Source: an uncultured Gammaproteobacteria bacterium (GTDB lineage Bacteria > Cyanobacteriota > Vampirovibrionia > 2-02-FULL-35-15). From it: a stretch of 64,000 nucleotides of DNA. Location: contig CAZRTB010000004.1 in assembly GCA_964602915.1 (NCBI GenBank), positions 84,149-148,148 of the forward strand. The letters are read 5' to 3'. The first letter of the stretch is position 1; each line of letters begins with the position of its first letter. Shown one piece after another: positions 27,862-37,682 of this stretch. Under the pieces are notes generated by a model, which was given only the letters and a program-made list of their open reading frames with translations, did not search any database and was not told the DNA's origin. The position numbers and the translations under genes were made by a program.

Positions 27862-29898
27862 GTGAGCATAGACACAAAAACAAATAAAAAATTTATAGCC
27901 CTTGCTGGAAACCCAAATGTAGGAAAGTCTGTTTTCTTTCACTATTTAAGCAATGTCTATGTTGATGTTAGTAATTATCCTGGAACGACTGTAGAAATTA
28001 CCAGTGCTCCATTAGGAAAAGAAGAAGACAATATTTTAATTCAGGACACACCAGGTATTTATGGAGTAAGCAGTTTTAATGATGAGGAAAGAGTAGCAAG
28101 AGATATAATCCTTTACTCTGACATTATTGTTAATGTAGTTTCTGCAATAAGTCTTGATAGAGATCTGTTTTTAACAAAGCAATTAATTGACATGGGAAAA
28201 CCAATTATCCTTGCAATCAACCAAATGGATGAAGCAAAATCTATCGGCATTGAAATTGATATAAAAAAACTCTCAGACTCTCTAGGAATCCCTGTTTTTT
28301 GTACAGTTGCCATTACTGGTGAAGGGATGAAAGAAATTAAAAATGCTATATATCCTTTTGATTCAAATAAAGCAAAAAAGGGGAAGATTGATCCTGTTTT
28401 AAATAATGAAATTACAGAACTATTACCACTTGTTTCAAATCAAGCAGAAGCACTACTTCTTTTAGAAGGTGATTTAATTATTGCTGATAGGCATAAGATT
28501 GAGCCAAGGAATAAAAGAAACATAATCTATAGTCAAAGAAGAAAAGAAGTTAATGAAATTCTTTCCAAATGTCTATCCAGTAAAAATGAGAGAGAAAGAA
28601 TATTTACTAAAATATCAAATATATTAATCGATCCTGTATGGGGATCTATTATTGCAGTATTTGTTGGTTATTTGTTTTTGTACCAACTATTAGGAGTTTG
28701 GGTTGGGAATTACCTTGTAGAAATTACCGAAAAAAAACTCATGAACAGCTATTATGAGCCTTACGTTAGAGAAAATACAGGGAAATTATTTCCCGTAGAG
28801 ATAAAGAGAGGAAATGAGTTTTATTCTTTTCAAAAAGGTTTTCTTTCAAATAAAAAACTATATGAAAAGTTAAAGAGCGAAAGAATAACCTCTCCCGACA
28901 AAACTGAAGAGTACTTTTTTGGACCTAGTGACTATATAGAGATTAAAGACAAATCAAAACTAGAAGATTCATTAAAAAGTAAAATTGGAACTATCCTTTC
29001 CGGAAAATACGGAATTCTTACTCTTACTATAACTTATTTAATTGGACTATTATTTCCTCTGGTTTTTGCATTTTACACTTCACTTTCTATTTTAGAAGAC
29101 ACTGGATATTTACCAAGGTTAGCAGTTTTAGTTGATGGGATACTTTCAAAAATAGGAATGAATGGAAGAGCTATAATACCTTTAATTTTAGGACTTGGTT
29201 GTGTAACGATGGCTTCAGTAACGACAAGACTACTATCAACAAAAAGAGAAAAAATTATTGCTCTCACTGTTTTAGGTTTTGCTATTCCTTGCTCTGCACA
29301 ACTTGGTGTTATTCAAACCCTGCTTGCCAAATCAGGTGGATTCACTTCATGGTTAATCTGGGTATCGACCATTGGTTTAGTTTTAGCTATAACTGGCTAC
29401 GTAATGAATAATTTCTTACCTGGGAAAGCAGCACCATTGTTAATTGATTTACCACCACTTCGACTACCAAGGTTTAAGAATGTATATTTTAAGACCAAAT
29501 CAAAAGTGTCATTTTTTATGACAGAGGCTGTACCAGCATTCTTTATAGCCGCAATGGTTGTTTCAATAATGCAGGTTACAGGATTTCTAAGCAAAGTAAT
29601 ATTATTCTTTGAGCCTATTTCCAGTAGTCTGCTTCACCTTCCGAAAGAAGTCTCAATATCTTTCATTCTAGGTATGGTAAGAAGAGACTTTGGTGCATTC
29701 GGTTTAACCGAACTCCCATTGACAAGTGCACAGGTTACAGTAGCAAGCGTAGTCTTAACACTCTTCGTGCCCTGTATTGCTACAGTATCGGTAATGGCTA
29801 AAGAACAAAGCTGGAAACTCGCAGGAGCAATATGGATTAGCTCTATTGTTTTAGCTGTAGGAATAGGATCAGCTTTAGCTATAATATTAAATGCTTAA
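27862..29898 (+). CDS. feoB: Ferrous iron transporter B
   Basis: GNPNVGKS, NYPGTTVE, DTPG, NQMD, LEDTGYLPRLA, GLGC, PCSAQ, PCIAT; GTG start. Confidence 0.95.
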   Translation: MSIDTKTNKKFIALAGNPNVGKSVFFHYLSNVYVDVSNYPGTTVEITSAPLGKEEDNILIQDTPGIYGVSSFNDEERVARDIILYSDIIVNVVSAISLDRDLFLTKQLIDMGKPIILAINQMDEAKSIGIEIDIKKLSDSLGIPVFCTVAITGEGMKEIKNAIYPFDSNKAKKGKIDPVLNNEITELLPLVSNQAEALLLLEGDLIIADRHKIEPRNKRNIIYSQRRKEVNEILSKCLSSKNERERIFTKISNILIDPVWGSIIAVFVGYLFLYQLLGVWVGNYLVEITEKKLMNSYYEPYVRENTGKLFPVEIKRGNEFYSFQKGFLSNKKLYEKLKSERITSPDKTEEYFFGPSDYIEIKDKSKLEDSLKSKIGTILSGKYGILTLTITYLIGLLFPLVFAFYTSLSILEDTGYLPRLAVLVDGILSKIGMNGRAIIPLILGLGCVTMASVTTRLLSTKREKIIALTVLGFAIPCSAQLGVIQTLLAKSGGFTSWLIWVSTIGLVLAITGYVMNNFLPGKAAPLLIDLPPLRLPRFKNVYFKTKSKVSFFMTEAVPAFFIAAMVVSIMQVTGFLSKVILFFEPISSSLLHLPKEVSISFILGMVRRDFGAFGLTELPLTSAQVTVASVVLTLFVPCIATVSVMAKEQSWKLAGAIWISSIVLAVGIGSALAIILNA

Positions 29899-29938
29899 CT
29901 TTATAAACTCAAGCTTATCTTGAGCATACAAAAAAGAT

Positions 29939-30136
29939 ATGTCTGATTGCAAAAAAATTAATTGTCCTATATGTAACTTTGAGGTTGAAGATACCTTTGT
30001 AGAACAAAAGTGCCCTAGATGTCAGTCTATAATTGAATCCAGCATGGTTTGTGGGAGTTGTAATAACTGCCATGAAACTGCAACAGGAGATAAGGGAAAC
30101 TTTATTTCTAAAATATTCTCTCTTTTTAAGAATTAA
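29939..30136 (+). CDS. Small Cys-rich (zinc-ribbon-like) protein downstream of feoB
   Basis: CPIC, CPRC, CGSCNNC. Confidence 0.7.
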   Translation: MSDCKKINCPICNFEVEDTFVEQKCPRCQSIIESSMVCGSCNNCHETATGDKGNFISKIFSLFKN

Positions 30137-30143
30137 ACATTTA

Positions 30144-30917
30144 TCAGGATGTTGATTTATTCAACTCTTTTAACCAAACCACATTTGAGCTAACCACTTC
30201 ACCATCTAATTCTATGACCCGATAACCAGGATTATTAGTACCAAAAGCAAAATTAAAAGTATTTTCTTTTACCTGAAAACAGGTAGAAGGTGCACTTGCA
30301 TAAAGGACCCCATCTATTTCCTTCTGAAAACTTTGGTGAATATGTCCAAATAAGACTGCTTTTATTTGAGGATTTGATTTAATAATATTTATAAATTCTT
30401 CTTTTTGGTTTAACATCATTTCATCCATCCATCTACTACCAATCTTCACAGGATGATGATGCATAAATATTACTGTTAATTTACTCTTATTTTCTAACAA
30501 TGCATTTTGTAAGTTTAAGAGTTGATCAGGGGAAAGCACTCCAAATTCTTCCGGGTGCTTAGATGTATCCAGCATATAAAAGAACCAGTCTGAGTATTCA
30601 AAAGAATAATCTGATTCATCTTTAATCCAGTTTATATTGAGCGATTTATTTAAAACATCTACATCATCATGATTCCCAGGCATTAAATAGTATTTTGTTT
30701 TAGTTTCCTCTAATAAAGTAATCAAATGCTTGTAAGAGTCTGGCGTACAGTCCTGAGATAAATCACCACTAACAACGATAAAATCAATATCATTAAAAGA
30801 AATAGAGGATAAAACTTGCTTTAAGTTTATATATGAATTTGATCCATTAAGCTTACCTTCAACCATACCAAAAAGATGGGTGTCAGATATCTGAATAAAT
30901 TTTATTTTCTCTTTCAT
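30144..30917 (-). CDS. cpdA: 3',5'-cyclic nucleotide phosphodiesterase (CpdA-like metallophosphoesterase)
   Basis: QISDTH, SGDL, PGNHD, MHHHP, FGHIH, APSTC. Confidence 0.88.
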   Translation of the reverse strand: MKEKIKFIQISDTHLFGMVEGKLNGSNSYINLKQVLSSISFNDIDFIVVSGDLSQDCTPDSYKHLITLLEETKTKYYLMPGNHDDVDVLNKSLNINWIKDESDYSFEYSDWFFYMLDTSKHPEEFGVLSPDQLLNLQNALLENKSKLTVIFMHHHPVKIGSRWMDEMMLNQKEEFINIIKSNPQIKAVLFGHIHQSFQKEIDGVLYASAPSTCFQVKENTFNFAFGTNNPGYRVIELDGEVVSSNVVWLKELNKSTS

Positions 30918-30920
30918 AAT

Positions 30921-30945
30921 AAAAAGGGCATACTTTCGTACGCCC
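30921..30945 (-). terminator. Intrinsic terminator after the SLH gene
   Basis: Minus strand GGGCGTAC-GAAA-GTATGCCC-TTTTT. Confidence 0.75.
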
Positions 30946-30969
30946 CCTTAATTTAACTAGATATAAAAA

Positions 30970-31602
30970 TTATCTATCAATTGCTTCACGTACATTTTTA
31001 TTAAATGGTGAAGTAACTGCCGCTAAAAGACCTCTTGAAAGATCTCTTGCATCAACAACTAAACCTTTAATAAGCCTTTCAAGAATAAATCCTTTTCTTC
31101 TCTCAGCATAAGCAAGTCTCTTTTCATGCTCCTGAAGAAGTGATTCATGCTTAGCTACGGTACCTTCAAGTGACGTTGTTCTTGAATCTAAATCTTTTAC
31201 ACTTGCTTCTAATTTATCAACTCTTCCTTGTAACGTTTTTAATTCTCCAGAGAATTCATCCATTAATTTTGCTAATTTAGCTAAATCATCTCTATCTAAA
31301 GAGATTTGATCACTGAAATAAGTTGCTAAGTCATAAACTGCTGCCGCTAATTCAAATCTTGTTGTTAATTTTTTACCTTTATAAGTACCATCTGGATAGC
31401 CTTCAAGCACATCATACTTTTCAACAAGTCCTTTAACTGCATCATAAGCCCACTCACCATTATCAATATCGTTAAGTTCTTGTACTGCAACTACTCTTGA
31501 GTCAACAGGTCTTGCCGCCTGTGAATAAGCAGGTATAACATATAGAGAATTTAACCCTACTAATATGCTCATTACTACTAATATATTTAATTTAACTAAC
31601 AT
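30970..31602 (-). CDS. SLH-domain plus coiled-coil envelope protein (no porin barrel)
   Basis: Signal peptide; WAYDAVKGLVEKY..GYPDGTYKG..TRFELA SLH motif; heptad coil; short amphipathic C-terminus; AGGAG SD. Confidence 0.88.
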   Translation of the reverse strand: MLVKLNILVVMSILVGLNSLYVIPAYSQAARPVDSRVVAVQELNDIDNGEWAYDAVKGLVEKYDVLEGYPDGTYKGKKLTTRFELAAAVYDLATYFSDQISLDRDDLAKLAKLMDEFSGELKTLQGRVDKLEASVKDLDSRTTSLEGTVAKHESLLQEHEKRLAYAERRKGFILERLIKGLVVDARDLSRGLLAAVTSPFNKNVREAIDR

Positions 31603-31824
31603 TATTCTCTCCTTGATATTAACCTCTCGTAAATTATTTATACCCTTATTATTTTTTACTAATATTACTCATTTGAATGATATCGCAAAATTCCACATAA
31701 TATAGTTAAGGAATTCTATTTGCTTATGAAGTGTAATATAAACTAATGGTTCCAAATATGTATAATAAGTGATGATTTATAACAACAAATTTAATATCTA
31801 ATAAAGATAATAAAAAAATGAATT

Positions 31825-32937
31825 TCACTTCCTCAGAACCAGCATCAGGTCATTACCAATTATTTTGTGGCTTATTATTTTAAATTCTTCTTGTTTTTCT
31901 ATATCCTGGTTAACGCTAAGGGATTGAACTGAATCCTTATCGTTTAATAGCTTAGGCGCAATAAATAAAATATATTCATCGATCAAACTATTTGAAATTA
32001 ATTCCGTAGATAACTTCATTCCACCTTCGACTAAAACACTTAAAATATTCATTTCGCCGAGTTTATCAAATAATTCCTTCAAATTAACTCTATTGTTTTT
32101 ATTAGTTGGAAGTTTAAGTATTTTGATTTTTTTATTGAGATATTTTTCTAGGTTTTGATCCGTATATTTATCACCAGTAACTAAAATTACCTCTGAATCC
32201 GATTTATAAACATTTGAATCAGGACTAGTTATAAGATCTTTATCTAAAATAATTCTTATGGGGTTTCGAGAATTTTCAATCCCTCTTACGGTAAGTTCAG
32301 GATTATCAATTTTAACAGTACTCGCCCCTACTAAAACAGCATCAAATTCATTTCTTAAGGAATGTACTTCTTTCCTTGCAAACTCATCTGTAATAAAGAA
32401 TTTTGAAGCATCTGTTTTACCAATTTTGGCATTTAGAGATTGTGCTTGTTTTAAAGCAACCCAAGGCTTTTTAGTTTTTATCCATTTAAAAAAGAAACGG
32501 TTTAACTCTTTTCCAAGGTTATCCAAAACTCCAGATATAACTTTTATATTATTTTCAATAAGTATTTTTTCACTCTTACCTGAGACTAGAGGGTTGGGAT
32601 CATAATTACTAAAAACAACCCGACCAACTCCTGATTTAATTATTAAATCGGTACATGGAGGAGTCCTCCCCATGTGACAACAAGGTTCAAGACTTACAAT
32701 TAGAGTACCATCTTTTGCTTTAGCACTTGCTTCTTTTAACGCTATTACTTCAGCATGATCCTCACCTGCTTTTTGATGAAACCCTTTCCCCACAGGGTTT
32801 CCATTTTTATCCAGAACAATAGCACCCACCATAGGATTTGGAGATGTTTTACCAATAGCACTTTCAGCTAAGGAAAAACAATCTTGCATGTAGTACTCTA
32901 CCTGCGTTAAATAAATATCATCATTATAATTTTGCAT
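31825..32937 (-). CDS. ribD: Bifunctional riboflavin deaminase/reductase
   Basis: PNPMVGA, HAE, LEPCCHxGRTPPC, VGASTVKIDNPEL, VLVEGG. Confidence 0.95.
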   Translation of the reverse strand: MQNYNDDIYLTQVEYYMQDCFSLAESAIGKTSPNPMVGAIVLDKNGNPVGKGFHQKAGEDHAEVIALKEASAKAKDGTLIVSLEPCCHMGRTPPCTDLIIKSGVGRVVFSNYDPNPLVSGKSEKILIENNIKVISGVLDNLGKELNRFFFKWIKTKKPWVALKQAQSLNAKIGKTDASKFFITDEFARKEVHSLRNEFDAVLVGASTVKIDNPELTVRGIENSRNPIRIILDKDLITSPDSNVYKSDSEVILVTGDKYTDQNLEKYLNKKIKILKLPTNKNNRVNLKELFDKLGEMNILSVLVEGGMKLSTELISNSLIDEYILFIAPKLLNDKDSVQSLSVNQDIEKQEEFKIISHKIIGNDLMLVLRK

Positions 32938-32946
32938 AATTATATT

Positions 32947-34245
32947 CTATATCAAAGGTTTGAATCCCACTCTTACAGTCCTACGACTAACTACAATTGG
33001 AGCAGTCAATCCAGGCATCTCCGCTAAAATACTTACAAAATATAAACCTGTTTTACCCTGATAATTTAAATCAATCTCTCCATGAAAATCACCATTAGAT
33101 GAAGTTTTCATTCCACCCTTTAAAGGAATTTCTTTTGGTGTACCATTTTGTATTGAGTTTAAAAGCATAGGAGCTAATACAGCACTTGCACCTCCAGTAA
33201 ATGGAGCAGCACCAATTGCACCAATTACTCCAATACCACCTAAAACTTTTAAGAAATTTACTCTGGTATTATCACCATATGCAATATAGTTTTGTGGTGG
33301 GAAATACGGCTTCAAAGCTGAACTATCAAATCCCACTTTACTTCCCGAATTAAAATCTAGAAGTTCCTGGTCACTTAAATATCCAACTGAAATTGCTTTA
33401 AATTTATATGGTTTCTTTAAGCTTCCCTTTAGCGTTAATTTCTGAGCAGGATTCAAAAAAATTTTTATCGGTTCGATGCTACCACCTTTAGTTAAAAATT
33501 CAATTACTGATACAAATTTTTTGCCATCCGGTGAAAGAGAAAATCCATATCCTATATGAGTAAGGTAAGGGCTAAATAAAACCTGTGAGTCATCCTGACT
33601 AACAGATAATGCTTCTAATAATTGCTTTATAAGCAATTCATTAAGCACAATCTTTTTATCCAGCTCAAAACCTTTCACAATTTCGATTAATGCTCCCGTA
33701 CCACCTGTAATGGTATACCTTTCATCAGGACAAAGCCCTTTTGAATTAAAATATGAAAGATTTCCCATGCTTAGTAAATCTGCAGATTGTTCACTCGCCA
33801 CTCTAACTGCCACCTCATCTTTAATGAGAGGCAAAAAACCCATAAAGCTTCTTTGATCATTTAGGATTTGCAAGAATGACTCTTCAAATTCTGCCTGAGA
33901 TAAAGCTCTGGTTTCATAATTTTCATAATTCTGAGATAAGACATTATTTTCATACCCTTTATTAGTATCTAAATCATCAGAATATCCCAGAAGATAGTCT
34001 CTAACTCTTTCAATTCTTTCTGATACATTTTCATTAATAAAAGTTTTTCCAAAAAGAGCCTTTTCCATTTTATTTAAGCGATCATTTATTTTAATAGAAT
34101 TAAAAGATTTGCCAAAAACAGAATTTTCCATTCTTGTTATTTCAAAATCATCTATAGGCATTAATGAAGAGAGTGAATTATTACAAGTAAAAAATAAACT
34201 GTTGATTACAAATAAAAGAATTAAAATGTATTTTTTCACAAGCAC
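32947..34245 (-). CDS. Secreted CAP/SCP-like domain protein with N-terminal ME.xxFGK repeats
   Basis: Signal; two repeats (RMENSVFGKSF/KMEKALFGKTF); LNDQR..L..D..A..VA pattern; THIGYG. Confidence 0.65.
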   Translation of the reverse strand: MLVKKYILILLFVINSLFFTCNNSLSSLMPIDDFEITRMENSVFGKSFNSIKINDRLNKMEKALFGKTFINENVSERIERVRDYLLGYSDDLDTNKGYENNVLSQNYENYETRALSQAEFEESFLQILNDQRSFMGFLPLIKDEVAVRVASEQSADLLSMGNLSYFNSKGLCPDERYTITGGTGALIEIVKGFELDKKIVLNELLIKQLLEALSVSQDDSQVLFSPYLTHIGYGFSLSPDGKKFVSVIEFLTKGGSIEPIKIFLNPAQKLTLKGSLKKPYKFKAISVGYLSDQELLDFNSGSKVGFDSSALKPYFPPQNYIAYGDNTRVNFLKVLGGIGVIGAIGAAPFTGGASAVLAPMLLNSIQNGTPKEIPLKGGMKTSSNGDFHGEIDLNYQGKTGLYFVSILAEMPGLTAPIVVSRRTVRVGFKPLI

Positions 34246-34264
34246 ATCCTCAACTATTAAAGAC

Positions 34265-36082
34265 TTATTCCGGTGGATACATTGAATCTATATAATCCTT
34301 ATATTTACTCTCTACAAATTTTCTCTTAACTTTCAAAGTAGGGGTCAGTTCACCAGTTTCAATCTTAAAATCTTCCGGCAGAATGATAAATCTTCGAATT
34401 TGTTCATAGTCAGCGAAATCAGATGTTCTTACTTTTATTTCTTCATCAATAAAATCAAAGATCTCTTTCTTTGAGATTAAATCAGCATAGTCGTTATCAG
34501 AATAAATAATCTTATTCTCATTTGCATATTTTAATATCATAATTTGATCTAGTGTGATCAGGGCAGATAAATACTTTCTCTTATCACCAATAACAATAAC
34601 ATTACTAATATAGTGTGATGTTTTAATACTATTTTCAATATTTTGAGGTGCAATATTCTTTCCTGCAGAATTAATAATTAAATCCTTTTTTCTGTCAGTA
34701 ATCTTTAAAAACCCTTCACTATCTATAACTCCGATATCACCAGTACAAAACCACCCATCTTTAAAAGCCTCTTTTGTAGCTAATTCATTTTTATAGTACT
34801 CTTTAAAAACTGTAGGTCCAGAAATTAATATTTCCCCATCTTCAGCAATTTTCAAGTTGACATTATCAAGAGGGATCCCTACCGTACCAAGTCTAAAATT
34901 ATCTAATCTATTGACACTTGCAGGAGCAGAGGTTTCAGTTAAACCATAGCCTTCTAAAACTTTAATTCCTATAATACAAAAGAACTCTGCAATTTCCCTG
35001 GATAAAGGAGCGCCACCAGAAATGAAATATTTAAGAGTAGGAGCAAAATCTTTTCTTATTTTTGAGAATATAAGCTTGTCTGCAAGTAAATACTGAAATC
35101 CGAAAAACATTTCAGCCATTTTATTTTTTTTCTCTCTACATGAAAAATACTGCTTGCCAATACTAAATGCCCAATTAACAAGCTTACTTTTTACTCCAGT
35201 TAATGATTTTAAATTTGAACTTATTTTGCTATATGTTTTTTCTAAAAGTCTTGGAACAACAAGCATTACTGTTGAACCAGAATATTTTAAGGAAGATGCT
35301 ATTTGATCCATTCCAGAACAATATGAAATTGGACTGCCATTATAAAGCGCAAAATGATAACCCCCTACCCTTTCAAACACATGTGACAATGGTAAAAAAG
35401 ATAAAAATTTATCATCTTTTTTTAGCTTCAAAGCTGTACTAATGGATTTTAAAACACTAAGAATATTATTGTGGGTGATTACAACACCCTTTGGATTTCC
35501 AGTAGTACCTGAAGTATAAATAATAGTAGCAACATCATCCTTTTTAATGGTAGAAACTTGATGCTCTAAAAGACCTGCTGATTTAGAAAGATTTAGCTTG
35601 CCTCTATCTTTTAAGTCCTTATAAGTAATTATTCTATGATCGTTCACAGGAAGATCTCCAAGATCAGATATTACAATTGCATATTCAATAGTTGGCAGGG
35701 AAGACCATTGAGACCTAATTTTTTGGAGTTGACCTTTATCTTCTAAAATAACTATTCTGCAACCAGCATTATTAATTATGTAATTTACTGCATTTTCAGG
35801 AAGTGTTGGATATAGTGGAACCACTATCGCACCCAAGCTCAGAATCCCCATGTCACATACTGCCCACTCATATCTGGTACCAGATAAAATTGCTATATGA
35901 TCACCTTTTTTAATACCTAAATCTTTTAACCCATGAACAATTTCAGTTACCATTCTATAAAAACTATCCCAGGATATTTGAGTATAAGGCACATTCCGTC
36001 TTAACCTGTATTCAAAGACAGTCTTATCTTTTAAATTTTTCACTTGATTTATAAAAACATCTGGCAAATTACTTGGTATCAT
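34265..36082 (-). CDS. Long-chain fatty acid-CoA ligase (AMP-dependent synthetase)
   Basis: YTSGTTGNPKG, LPLSHVFER, GYGLTET, TGDIG, DRKKD. Confidence 0.93.
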   Translation of the reverse strand: MIPSNLPDVFINQVKNLKDKTVFEYRLRRNVPYTQISWDSFYRMVTEIVHGLKDLGIKKGDHIAILSGTRYEWAVCDMGILSLGAIVVPLYPTLPENAVNYIINNAGCRIVILEDKGQLQKIRSQWSSLPTIEYAIVISDLGDLPVNDHRIITYKDLKDRGKLNLSKSAGLLEHQVSTIKKDDVATIIYTSGTTGNPKGVVITHNNILSVLKSISTALKLKKDDKFLSFLPLSHVFERVGGYHFALYNGSPISYCSGMDQIASSLKYSGSTVMLVVPRLLEKTYSKISSNLKSLTGVKSKLVNWAFSIGKQYFSCREKKNKMAEMFFGFQYLLADKLIFSKIRKDFAPTLKYFISGGAPLSREIAEFFCIIGIKVLEGYGLTETSAPASVNRLDNFRLGTVGIPLDNVNLKIAEDGEILISGPTVFKEYYKNELATKEAFKDGWFCTGDIGVIDSEGFLKITDRKKDLIINSAGKNIAPQNIENSIKTSHYISNVIVIGDKRKYLSALITLDQIMILKYANENKIIYSDNDYADLISKKEIFDFIDEEIKVRTSDFADYEQIRRFIILPEDFKIETGELTPTLKVKRKFVESKYKDYIDSMYPPE

Positions 36083-36118
36083 ATGAGAATATCTTAACTC
36101 AATAAAGGCAGTTTGATA

Positions 36119-36640
36119 ATGAATGTATTACTTGACAGCAATGAACTAACAAAAACAATTAGAAGATTAGCACATGAAGTTATTGAAAACTATGTAGACC
36201 TAAGTAATTTAGTAATAGTTGGAATAGTTACCAGGGGTGAATTTATTGGGAAGAGGTTGGCTGAAATTATAAGCCAAATTGAAAAAGTTAATGTTCCTTT
36301 TGGATATATTGATGTCACTCTCTATAGAGATGATTTAGACCATAGGAAATCACTAAAACCAAGCAAATCAAGTAACCTCCCAAACATTGATGGTAAAAAT
36401 GTATTATTAGTAGACGATGTTTTATATGAAGGCAGAACTGCAAGAGCGGCATTAGACACACTTAAAGATTTTGGTCGCCCAGAATCCGTAAAGTTATTAG
36501 TTATTATCGACAGAGGACATAGAAAACTACCTATTAGTGCAGATTTTGTAGGAAAAAATATTTCCACAAATTTAAAACAGCTCGTTAAAGTAAATATCCA
36601 AGAAATAGATAAAAAAGATTGCATAGAAATTCAAGGATAG
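36119..36640 (+). CDS. pyrR: Pyrimidine attenuation regulator/UPRTase
   Basis: RLAHEVIE, GIVTRG, DVTLYRDD, LVDDVLYEGRT, DRGHRKLPI; ATG at 36119 chosen. Confidence 0.92.
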   Translation: MNVLLDSNELTKTIRRLAHEVIENYVDLSNLVIVGIVTRGEFIGKRLAEIISQIEKVNVPFGYIDVTLYRDDLDHRKSLKPSKSSNLPNIDGKNVLLVDDVLYEGRTARAALDTLKDFGRPESVKLLVIIDRGHRKLPISADFVGKNISTNLKQLVKVNIQEIDKKDCIEIQG

Positions 36641-36645
36641 AATTT

Positions 36646-37665
36646 ATGGTTGATATAAAAGAAGAGAAGTTAAATACAAGAGATGACCTTTTACTTGAAA
36701 TTAAAAATCTCTCGAAACTATATCCTATAAAACGTGGGTTCTGGTCTAGGACAGTTAATAATGTTAGAGCTCTGAGCGATATTAATCTGAGAATAAATAA
36801 AGGAGAAATAATTGGACTGGTAGGAGAGTCTGGATGTGGAAAATCAACTCTAGGAAAATCTTTACTCAGACTGATTGAGCCTACTACTGGCGAAGTCTTT
36901 TATAGCGGAATAAACCATAAAAATATTTTCAATATCAAAAGTGAAGAACTAAGAAAACTTAGGCAAAATTTGCAGATAGTTTTCCAAAATCCATACTCCA
37001 GCCTAAGTCCAAAAATGAGAGTGAAAGATATTATTGCAGAACCTATAATCATCCAAAAAATTATTACAAATAAGGATTCAATTAAGGAAAGAACAAATGA
37101 ACTATTAAATCTTGTTGGCTTAGATAATAGTCTTGGGGAAAGATATCCACATGAGCTTTCTGGAGGACAGAGGCAAAGAGTCGCAATCGCTAGGGCATTA
37201 TCACTAAATCCTGAGTTTTTGGTCTTAGATGAGCCAGTAAGCGCCTTAGATGTATCAGTACAAGCACAGATTTTAAATCTCTTAATTGAATTGCAGAAAA
37301 AGTTAAATCTAACCTACTTATTTATCTCCCATAATCTTTCAGTGGTAAGTTATATATCCTCAAAAATAGTTGTAATGTACCTTGGGAAAATTGTTGAAAT
37401 TGGAACCAAAGATGAAATAATAAAAAGTCCTAAACATCCTTATACAAAAGCCTTATTAAGCTCTGCACCACATATCAGATGGCGGAGGGAAGAAAACAAA
37501 AAAGAGAATATTATTCTTCATGGAGAAATACCAGATCCATCAAACCCACCAAGTGGTTGCGTTTTTAGAACCAGATGTCCTATTGCTCAGGAAAAATGTA
37601 GCAATGAGATTCCTTTGTTAGTTGAATCTAACGGAAGACTATGTGCTTGTCATTTCCCAGACTAA
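36646..37665 (+). CDS. Oligopeptide/dipeptide ABC transporter ATP-binding subunit (OppF/AppF type)
   Basis: GESGCGKS, LSGGQRQR, LDEP, HPYT, GC.F..RCP; ATG at 36646 chosen. Confidence 0.93.
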   Translation: MVDIKEEKLNTRDDLLLEIKNLSKLYPIKRGFWSRTVNNVRALSDINLRINKGEIIGLVGESGCGKSTLGKSLLRLIEPTTGEVFYSGINHKNIFNIKSEELRKLRQNLQIVFQNPYSSLSPKMRVKDIIAEPIIIQKIITNKDSIKERTNELLNLVGLDNSLGERYPHELSGGQRQRVAIARALSLNPEFLVLDEPVSALDVSVQAQILNLLIELQKKLNLTYLFISHNLSVVSYISSKIVVMYLGKIVEIGTKDEIIKSPKHPYTKALLSSAPHIRWRREENKKENIILHGEIPDPSNPPSGCVFRTRCPIAQEKCSNEIPLLVESNGRLCACHFPD

Positions 37666-37682
37666 ATTTTTAAACCCTTTAA

